From a virus: a DNA stretch of 37,440 nucleotides. The position numbers and the translations under genes were made by a program. This document shows positions 16,104 through 22,197 of the stretch, one piece after another. The DNA lies in the IMG/VR virus record IMGVR_UViG_3300043411_000939, positions 1-37,440 of that record. One strand, 5' to 3'. How positions within the stretch are numbered: the first letter of the stretch is position 1; every line of letters starts with the position of its first letter. The notes under the pieces are model-generated. The model worked only from the letters and a program-made list of their open reading frames with translations, did no database searches and was not told the origin of the DNA.

Positions 16104-16899
16104 CATGGCAAAATTAGGCGACATTCAGAATTCAATTCAAGGGAATAATTTAACAGCGGCCCCGGCGCGGTTGGCTCAATTGTTGGGGCGTGTTGACATT
16201 AAAGAAAAGTTTCAAGAAATGCTTGGGAAGAAATCAGCGGGTTTTCTTTCATCAATATTGTCGCTTTATAATTCAACGCCACAACTGCAAGCGTGTGATC
16301 CCATGTCGATCATTGCCTCCGCTGCCATTGCCGCAACTCTTGACCTTCCAATTAACCAAAACTTTGGATACGCGTATCTTATTCCATATGGGAATCAGTG
16401 CCAGTTTCAATTGGGATATAAAGGAATTATCCAATTAGCCATGCGGACCAGTATGTATAAAACAATCTCCGCTGCCGAGGTTTATGAGGGCGAGTTGGTT
16501 AAATATAACCGCATCACCGGAGAAACGGAAATCGACGAAAGCAAGCGCACCTCTGACAAAATAATTGGATATGTTGCCTACTTCAAATTGCTGAGCGGAT
16601 TTGAAAAATATCTTTTTATGAAAGTCGAACAGATCGAAGCGCATGGAAAGAAATTCTCAAAATCTTACGGACGAACATCGGGGCCATGGTCAACAAACAA
16701 AGAAGCCATGATGCAAAAAACGCCGCTCAAGTTATTACTTTCAAAATACGGCGTGCTTTCAATTGAAATGCAAACAGGAATGACGTTCGATCAAGCGGCT
16801 GTTAAGAAACTCGAAAACCCGGTTCCTGAATATATCGACGGAATGGAAATCAACGACGCGATCGAACCCGCCGACATTCCATCGCCAGACGTGAAATAA
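16104..16899 (+). CDS. recT: RecT-family single-strand annealing protein
   Basis: 265 aa from MAKLGDIQ. SIIASAAIAATLDLPINQNFGYAYLIPYGNQCQFQLGYKGIIQLAMRT is the RecT core. Lies directly after the exonuclease gene; the 5' extension in the ORF track is an overlap artefact. Confidence 0.88.
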
Positions 16900-16919
16900 T
16901 TATTAAGTTAACCGATTCA

Positions 16920-17560
16920 GCATATCGCTTGAAAGACATAGAAACCGCAAGTTCTATATTGATTGGGTGATATGTCAGTTGAAAGCCCTCACCATGAAGA
17001 CTTCATGTCGGGATTGGTGGGGGTTCCCTGGGCGGGGAGGGTTGACGTTATGCGTCAGTCCGATGATCCGCCTGGGGAATAAATTTAATGAACCGTGGGG
17101 CGGGAGCAATCCCGTCATCATTGCCAGCGGAGTTCACGGGTACGATCTGGCCCCCAAGTGCGAAGGGCGTAAATTGCGATATGAGAAAGCCTGGAATCCA
17201 AGTTGACCTGACGTTCTGAGATAGTAACTATGAGGCGCGTTCCTTTTGTGGGTGAACGTTGCGTGTGTACGTGGGGAGGGTATCTTAATGAAGATGGTCG
17301 GCGCATAGAACGGCTTGACAGATTGGAGAGACAATCATTCCTTCTGGGGATTTAAATTTGTCCGTGCTAGGCAACGACCTACAGTCTGGGGGTATCAAAA
17401 CCGTCAGGCCACGGACATTAAATTTGCAGGTGCGACCCTACGTCGAGGGAGCGAAAGCGGTTCAAGCGGGCTACCGGACGTTAATAGCGTAACGGAACAA
17501 CGTCACACGGTCGGAGTAATAACCGGCCACCTGCAATAAATTTAAACGTTCGTTTATATT
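16920..17560 (+). ncRNA. Candidate large structured non-coding RNA (about 600 nt; family unknown; boundaries approximate)
   Basis: The largest ORF-free gap in the genome, and G-rich on the plus strand. Helices: 17026-35/17068-77 (10 bp, 2 G.U), 17039-47/17053-61 (9 bp, 2 G.U), 17099-105/17110-16 with a GCAA tetraloop, 17354-66/17410-25, and 17424-32/17528-36 (9 bp). The G.U pairs work only on the plus strand. Confidence 0.55.
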
Positions 17561-17615
17561 CGTAAGAAAAGCACAAAATAAGACACCGATATTAACGATC
17601 ATTTATGGAGGATGT

Positions 17616-17684
17616 ATGAGTACATGCCCACACTGCGGGCAGGCTGTAGGCGATCAAATGCAACATAAATGTAAGGGGAACTGA
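17616..17684 (+). CDS. 22-aa Cys-rich miniprotein (below the ORF-track cutoff)
   Basis: MSTCPHCGQAVGDQMQHKCKGN. GGAGGA lies 5 nt upstream, and the stop is 1 nt before the next ATG (TGAAATG). Confidence 0.4.
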   Translation: MSTCPHCGQAVGDQMQHKCKGN

Positions 17685-17685
17685 A

Positions 17686-18132
17686 ATGAGCAAGAATAAA
17701 GAAGAACTTAAGCCGTGTCCGTTTTGTGGATTTAATAAATGCGAATTAATTAATCCATTGAATGGAACATCTCCATATGTTTCTTGCGATAAATGCCACG
17801 CGGATTTTTATGCCGTAAGTTGGAACAACGCCTATTGCTGGAAAGAAATCGACTCTCTCAAATCCCAGCTTGCCGAGAAGTGTAACCATAAATATATTTT
17901 CAGCCCAATTGACACTGAATTACACGTCCGTGAACTAGAAAATAAACTTGCCGAGTCTGAGAAAGCATTAGCGGAACGCGACCGTCTGCTCCTTGAAAAG
18001 GAACGTCTTTTACAGAAAGTGGTGGAAGGGCTTGATACCTTATCGAAACCATGCGGTAGTTTTGCAAACGTTATGGAAATCGCAGAAAAGTATCTTAAAG
18101 AAATCCGCAGCTCGGTCGGTGGTTCTAAATGA
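17686..18132 (+). CDS. Lar-like zinc-ribbon protein with a coiled-coil C-terminus
   Basis: LKPCPFCGFNKCEL...VSCDKCHADFYAVSWNNAYCW resembles the Lar restriction-alleviation family N-terminus (KPCPFCG...C..C...WN). The remainder is predicted coiled coil. Confidence 0.5.
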   Translation: MSKNKEELKPCPFCGFNKCELINPLNGTSPYVSCDKCHADFYAVSWNNAYCWKEIDSLKSQLAEKCNHKYIFSPIDTELHVRELENKLAESEKALAERDRLLLEKERLLQKVVEGLDTLSKPCGSFANVMEIAEKYLKEIRSSVGGSK

Positions 18133-18293
18133 ACAGGGTATATTGGTCTAAAAACCATGATCCATACGAATGGCCAGAGGGATTAAAGACCTTTTATTTC
18201 CCCTTTGCAGAGAAAGTGATGCGGTACTCTTTGGGGAGAAAACTAGTCCTTTTGTATTTGCGTATCCGTTTAGTATTTGGGGGTGGGGAATGA
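18129..18293 (+). CDS. 54-aa hypothetical protein (below the ORF-track cutoff)
   Basis: MNRVYWSKNHDPYEWPEGLKTFYFPFAEKVMRYSLGRKLVLLYLRIRLVFGGGE. ATGA overlaps at both ends (18129-32 and 18290-93). Confidence 0.45.
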   Translation: MNRVYWSKNHDPYEWPEGLKTFYFPFAEKVMRYSLGRKLVLLYLRIRLVFGGGE

Positions 18294-18742
18294 AATACAG
18301 ATGCCTTATGCTTGATGGCCCACGGCACGGGAACTTATTTGAAACCAATGATGTGAGGCCGACGTATCGGTTCATGATCCAGGAACGACTCAAACCACTA
18401 GCTGTAGGTATCCAAGAAATCCATGTCCCAGTCAGACACGTCGAATATAAGATCGCTTTCAAAAGTATTGATCAAGATGAGCCTATGTTTCTTTACTCTT
18501 TGAATGGACGTGTTGATTCATTTTTATTGGGAGATTGGGTGGTTGATCCGCGAAGGAAGCCATCCCCCGTTACATACCTACAGGGAATTGAAGTCAGAGA
18601 CAAAAAAGAAATCGTTATGTGGATCGAGCGTTTGCGTAATTTGGCGAAGAATCCGAAAGAATCATTCGTAAAAGAAGTGAACTTCATTATCAATGAGATC
18701 GCGGTGTTGCTGAATGCGGGCCAAGGAGATATGAATAAATGA
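18290..18742 (+). CDS. Hypothetical protein (150 aa from MKYRCLMLDG; the ORF track starts it at 18170)
   Basis: The ATG at 18290 is preceded by GGGTGGGG and is coupled by ATGA to the 54-aa ORF. Confidence 0.6.
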   Translation: MKYRCLMLDGPRHGNLFETNDVRPTYRFMIQERLKPLAVGIQEIHVPVRHVEYKIAFKSIDQDEPMFLYSLNGRVDSFLLGDWVVDPRRKPSPVTYLQGIEVRDKKEIVMWIERLRNLAKNPKESFVKEVNFIINEIAVLLNAGQGDMNK

Positions 18743-19023
18743 ACGTTAAAGAAGCGTCAGAAATTTTCATCAAAGGTAATAATGTTTTACTAGAAAAAGA
18801 TTCCACAACATCAATCTCCGATCTTGTAGAGCAATCCATAAATAAGGCAATTGGGTATGGAGCGTCTAAGGGTTTCCTCGAATGCCACAAGCTGTACAAG
18901 CCTTTGGTGGAAGCTTTGGAATCAATAAGTAAAAACTCTTGTTGTGATCAGTGCCAAGAGGCGAAGCTTGTTTCGCTAAAGCCTCTCGAACACTACCGCA
19001 AAAACATCCTGGGTGAGAAATGA
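18739..19023 (+). CDS. Hypothetical protein (94 aa)
   Basis: ATGA overlap with the upstream gene. Contains CCDQC. Confidence 0.6.
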   Translation: MNVKEASEIFIKGNNVLLEKDSTTSISDLVEQSINKAIGYGASKGFLECHKLYKPLVEALESISKNSCCDQCQEAKLVSLKPLEHYRKNILGEK

Positions 19024-19187
19024 AAACCATCCTCGCCACAATCCTGGCCATTCCTTTGCTTATCTTGTTTTGGTCGATTCCGTTACTTCTTATTTGCATT
19101 CTATCGTTTCTCAGATACTTTATAGACTTGAAAAGGAAGCACGTCATGTTTTTGAAAAATCGGTTATTCGTCCTATTCCCTAAATGA
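19020..19187 (+). CDS. 55-aa single-pass membrane peptide (paralogue A)
   Basis: MKTILATILAIPLLILFWSIPLLLICILSFLRYF... ATGA overlaps at both ends. Confidence 0.5.
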   Translation: MKTILATILAIPLLILFWSIPLLLICILSFLRYFIDLKRKHVMFLKNRLFVLFPK

Positions 19188-19267
19188 AAAACATCCTCTG
19201 TACTATATTCGCCATCGCCCTGTTTGTTCTATTTTGGGCAGTGCCGTTCTATTTCGGAAGACAATGA
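19184..19267 (+). CDS. 27-aa membrane peptide (paralogue B)
   Basis: MKNILCTIFAIALFVLFWAVPFYFGRQ. The N-terminal 22 residues align with paralogue A (MK.IL.TI.AI.L..LFW..P). ATGA overlaps at both ends. Confidence 0.45.
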   Translation: MKNILCTIFAIALFVLFWAVPFYFGRQ

Positions 19268-19530
19268 GAAAATCGCTATTTTTAATCGCCTGGATCATCA
19301 CATGGCGCGCCGAATGGGACGTGTTAAGATTTTGCCCTGGATACTATGACGAGATTCGCGGAGAAAACAGGCCGGAGTCAGAGCGCCTTTACTGCAAAGA
19401 ATCTGTTTTTAATTGGCGACACAAAGAGTTTCAACAGTTTGACGAGTTGTTGGAATTTAGAAAGAATGAATTAATGTCTTCAACAGGAACGGTGATAACC
19501 AACATTAGCGTTAGGAAGGTTAAGGATTGA
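19264..19530 (+). CDS. Hypothetical protein (88 aa from MRKSLFLIAWIITW; the ORF track starts it at 19234)
   Basis: The ATG at 19264 overlaps the upstream TGA. Hydrophobic N-terminus. Confidence 0.55.
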   Translation: MRKSLFLIAWIITWRAEWDVLRFCPGYYDEIRGENRPESERLYCKESVFNWRHKEFQQFDELLEFRKNELMSSTGTVITNISVRKVKD

Positions 19531-19619
19531 TCCTTTCTATAATGATTCTCGGTCTATGCGCTTTTTTCTATGTTTTGGGCTGGAATATTGGATTTGAAAA
19601 AGGAAGATATAGAGATTAA
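19527..19619 (+). CDS. Possible 30-aa membrane peptide (TTG start; an alternative ATG lies at 19542)
   Basis: (M)ILSIMILGLCAFFYVLGWNIGFEKGRYRD. TTGA overlap with the upstream stop. Ends convergently against the minus-strand gene at 19616. Confidence 0.3.
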   Translation: MILSIMILGLCAFFYVLGWNIGFEKGRYRD

Positions 19620-20110
19620 AACCGCAGCGTTCCCATCACCCACGGAGAGAATCCGTCACGCTTCATTCCCCCCACCTGAATATCAATCCTGTTATTAATC
19701 CCATACCCAACAAACAAAGCCTTCCCGTCAAAGTCCGGCGTCAAACGATTAACCCCTAGGGTTAAGAGATATCTATCCGAACGGACCGGCGTCATCGCTA
19801 CCGCCAAGGGAACGGGCGCGGAGGTCGAACTGGTTTCCGCCTCATATTCAATCGGGGCGCGGGTTTCAACGATAATCGTTTCCGTTTTACCCGGAACCTC
19901 TTTTATCTTGGTAATGATTCTAACCGGACCTTGCCGGTAAACGATTTTTTCAACAACCTTAATTTCTGGATTGGAATAAACAAGCTGCGCTTTTTTCAGG
20001 CTGACTGACGTTTCATGCCACATGGTTATTGTGTAAAGAAGCGCAATAATCAAAACCAACAGGATGCAATTTTTTGGCTTGATGTATTTGATCAGGTAAG
20101 AATAAATCAT
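19616..20110 (-). CDS. Membrane-anchored beta-rich protein, last gene of the lysis cassette (spanin-like role is speculative)
   Basis: N-terminal TM CILLVLIIALLYTITMW. The C-terminus ends ...FSPWVMGTLRF, with alternating hydrophobic residues and a terminal Phe like an outer-membrane beta-signal. ATGA overlap with the upstream gene. Confidence 0.6.
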   Translation of the reverse strand: MIYSYLIKYIKPKNCILLVLIIALLYTITMWHETSVSLKKAQLVYSNPEIKVVEKIVYRQGPVRIITKIKEVPGKTETIIVETRAPIEYEAETSSTSAPVPLAVAMTPVRSDRYLLTLGVNRLTPDFDGKALFVGYGINNRIDIQVGGMKRDGFSPWVMGTLRF

Positions 20111-20445
20111 TGTGGCGTCGGCGTTATCGTTTCAACGGTCTTTGTGGTTTCGGTAACGGAGTTTATTTTTGTGGCAATAGAGCCTATCACCCGGTCGCCA
20201 AGCTTGCTGATCAATTCATCAACAATCGTTCCCAGCCCAATCAAGGCCCCGGATAGCAATACGCAATTCCACCATAGATCCCACGGCATGTCGGCGCGTG
20301 ATTTGAATGTGTTGGCCACGGCAAACAACCAAATCCCAAATGCCACTTTCCGCGATTGTTTCCCGATCAACACTTCAAACACAAAGCGCACAACTCCGGG
20401 CTCTTTTTGGCGACGGTCTATTTCTGGAACGATATTATCAGGCAT
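20107..20445 (-). CDS. Two-TM small membrane protein (112 aa), class II holin-like
   Basis: Starts MPDNIVPE, with AGGGGA 8 nt upstream and 4 nt after the cyclase stop. TM1 is VAFGIWLFAVANTF and TM2 is LWWNCVLLSGALIGLGTIV. The ORF track extends it to 20577 with a 128-nt overlap, which is unlikely. Confidence 0.6.
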   Translation of the reverse strand: MPDNIVPEIDRRQKEPGVVRFVFEVLIGKQSRKVAFGIWLFAVANTFKSRADMPWDLWWNCVLLSGALIGLGTIVDELISKLGDRVIGSIATKINSVTETTKTVETITPTPQ

Positions 20446-20449
20446 ATTA

Positions 20450-21088
20450 TTATCCCCTTTTTCTGTTTGGTCGGATTGCCTTGATCCGTTTCTCTGACAT
20501 CTTAAAAACCCATAATGAATGCGCGTCGTGCATCGATATCCCGTCATAACCATAACGGGACGGAATAAATTTCGCAAAGGAAAAACCGTGTTTCTTTATT
20601 TGGGCATCGCTTAAACATTGCTTGAGTGAATCATGGCAAAGAATTGGGGTACTCTTTGATACCTCCAGCATATGGTGGGCCATGTTGATATGGCGGCCCC
20701 TTATGACAATCTTCCCACTTTTCTTGACTTTCCTGTGAACATACCCGGACGCAATGCGAATTCTAAAACCGGCTGGTTTTGGGGGCTCTTTGTCACGGAT
20801 CAGCTTTTGGATTCTTTTATAAATGCCCCATAGATTAACGAGCGCATCCGCAACAATTGAGCAATTATGGCCCTTCACCAAATCCACCGAACACAAAAAC
20901 CCGTCGCCGGTATCGGTGAACGTGTACCCCGTTTTTCTTTCTACCTCGTCAATAATCCCGTCGAATTTGTCAAAGAACGGACTAAACTCCATCAAGTCAT
21001 TTGTTACGGATTCCTCAAATGCGGTAAAGCCGGTGATGTCTCCAAAGGCAACAATAATGCGGGTTTTCTCTGATCGTTCATAAGCCAT
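20450..21088 (-). CDS. Class III nucleotidyl cyclase-like protein (minimal single domain, 212 aa)
   Basis: RIIVAFGDITGFTAF (compare F.DI.GFT, metal Asp 1). ERKTGYTFTDTGDGFLCSV (compare ..GDa.m.vF, metal Asp 2). FRIRIASGYVHRKV (compare lRIGIHtG.v). IRGRHINMAHHMLEVSK (compare GdtVN.AsRLes). Motif order is canonical. Confidence 0.6.
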   Translation of the reverse strand: MAYERSEKTRIIVAFGDITGFTAFEESVTNDLMEFSPFFDKFDGIIDEVERKTGYTFTDTGDGFLCSVDLVKGHNCSIVADALVNLWGIYKRIQKLIRDKEPPKPAGFRIRIASGYVHRKVKKSGKIVIRGRHINMAHHMLEVSKSTPILCHDSLKQCLSDAQIKKHGFSFAKFIPSRYGYDGISMHDAHSLWVFKMSEKRIKAIRPNRKRG

Positions 21089-21100
21089 TCATGTGTCCTT

Positions 21101-21547
21101 TTATTTAGAAACCGTCGCATCGGATTTGAAAATTTTTTCATACGCAACATTGATCCCCTTTTGCCCTATGAACACGAATAACGCCCCAACCAACCCATAA
21201 ATAAAAGTCTTTTTCATGAATCCAATTTCTTTTTCTATGGGCGCCAACTTATGATCGTCGAAATTCTTAATCATGAGCCTGGTGTGGTCGGCTGATTCCC
21301 TGACAACCGCTTTCATGTCTATGGTTGATAGTTCGAGTTTGTGGGAGAGGTCGGCAATTGAAAGTTTTATCTCGCTGTTCTCTTTCCGAACCTCGTTCAA
21401 CGACGGAGAAACCCCGTTGTTGATTCGGTTCATGAGTTCTTTAATCTCGTGGGCAAGTTCCGTATAGTCGCGTTGACCGTTTGAAATCTTCGTGTCATGC
21501 TCTGACACGCGCCGGTCAAGGGATGCGAGATAATCGACTTCGTTCAC
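21101..21547 (-). CDS. Coiled-coil protein with a C-terminal TM anchor (148 aa)
   Basis: GTGA overlap with the M23 peptidase stop. TM is TFIYGLVGALFVFIGQ near the C-terminus. Confidence 0.6.
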   Translation of the reverse strand: MNEVDYLASLDRRVSEHDTKISNGQRDYTELAHEIKELMNRINNGVSPSLNEVRKENSEIKLSIADLSHKLELSTIDMKAVVRESADHTRLMIKNFDDHKLAPIEKEIGFMKKTFIYGLVGALFVFIGQKGINVAYEKIFKSDATVSK

Positions 21548-21975
21548 GTTCGCGCCCCTTCAAATTCGAACGGAACGCCTTTTTCGCGAATGGGCCTTAC
21601 TTCAAGATGAAGATGTGGCCCGGACGATTTGCCCGTGTTTCCAGAAAGGCCAATCCGTTTTCCCGCTTCAATATATTCCCCTTCTTTAACATCAATATGG
21701 GACATGTGGCCGTAATACACCTGGTAAGGGGTGTTATTAATCCTCACGTACTGGCAAACGTAAAACCCAAATCCTTCTTTTTCGTCATGGCTGTTTTGCC
21801 ACCCGGCCTTGATAACTTCTCCGCCAATCGCCGCAACAATGGGGGTTCCGACCGGGACCGCGAAATCAACACCGTAGTGCATCGATGACTCAACGCCCGT
21901 CACGGGATCTTTCCTTTTCCCGTAGGGGCTGGAAATTGGGAACGTCCAGGCTACGGGGCGAAAGACTTTAATCAT
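21544..21975 (-). CDS. M23 (LytM-type) peptidoglycan endopeptidase; probable endolysin
   Basis: HYGVDFAVPVGTPIVA (HxxxD) and GNTGKSSGPHLHLEVR (HxH) are the canonical M23 zinc ligand motifs. Confidence 0.9.
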   Translation of the reverse strand: MIKVFRPVAWTFPISSPYGKRKDPVTGVESSMHYGVDFAVPVGTPIVAAIGGEVIKAGWQNSHDEKEGFGFYVCQYVRINNTPYQVYYGHMSHIDVKEGEYIEAGKRIGLSGNTGKSSGPHLHLEVRPIREKGVPFEFEGART

Positions 21976-22065
21976 GATAAAAAGTTGTGCGCTTCATATG
22001 AATGTTGATAAGCGCAAACCCGGCTTCGTCGCGAGCGTCCCCGCGCCGGTCGGTGAAATTATTTT

Positions 22066-22197
22066 TCACAAAAGTTTTGATAACTCGCATATAGCACCAA
22101 AGACGGCGACCGTGAGAATTACAGTCATGGATTGATGAAAGTTTCCTGCGTTTGATGCCAGAACGGACATCGCAAATAGAAAAGATAGTTTTGTCAT
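22066..22197 (-). CDS. 43-aa hydrophobic peptide upstream of the endolysin (holin/antiholin-like; below the ORF-track cutoff)
   Basis: MTKLSFLFAMSVLASNAGNFHQSMTVILTVAVFGAICELSKLL. The ATG overlaps the TGA of the 626-aa gene (ATGA). Confidence 0.45.
   Translation of the reverse strand: MTKLSFLFAMSVLASNAGNFHQSMTVILTVAVFGAICELSKLL

Noticed and set aside
17456-17472. T-loop-like GGTTCAAGC, suggesting a tRNA or tmRNA-like element
   Set aside because: The flanking pentamers (AGCGG and GGGCT) cannot form a T-stem. No acceptor or anticodon arms could be drawn. It may be a T-loop motif inside the larger RNA, but it is not a tRNA gene.
16967-17539. ORFs 16967..17206 (79 aa), 17315..17539 (74 aa) and the minus-strand ORFs 17118..17334 inside the ORF-free gap
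   Set aside because: They start at GTG or TTG with no ribosome-binding site. Their composition is Trp/Arg/Gly-rich and unlike the rest of the proteome. They mutually overlap on both strands, as expected for a G+C-rich structured non-coding segment.
16900-17615. Self-splicing group I or group II intron, or a retron/DGR-type element
   Set aside because: The flanking genes (recT and the downstream zinc-ribbon genes) are complete and are not split exons. No domain-V-like hairpin or GUGYG 5' end was seen. The genome encodes no reverse transcriptase.
20107-20577. 156-aa version of the ORF overlapping the cyclase gene by 128 nt
   Set aside because: The internal ATG at 20445 has a good AGGGGA ribosome-binding site and lies 4 nt after the cyclase stop. 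The upstream extension (MRNLFRPVMVMTGYRCTTRIHYGFLRCQ...) looks non-proteinaceous.
19616-21088. A complete Pycsar defence operon (cyclase plus effector)
   Set aside because: The neighbouring TM proteins (112 and 164 aa) are too small and show no cyclic-nucleotide-binding or TIR domain. Only the cyclase half resembles Pycsar, so this is reported as a cyclase of unknown partner rather than as Pycsar.
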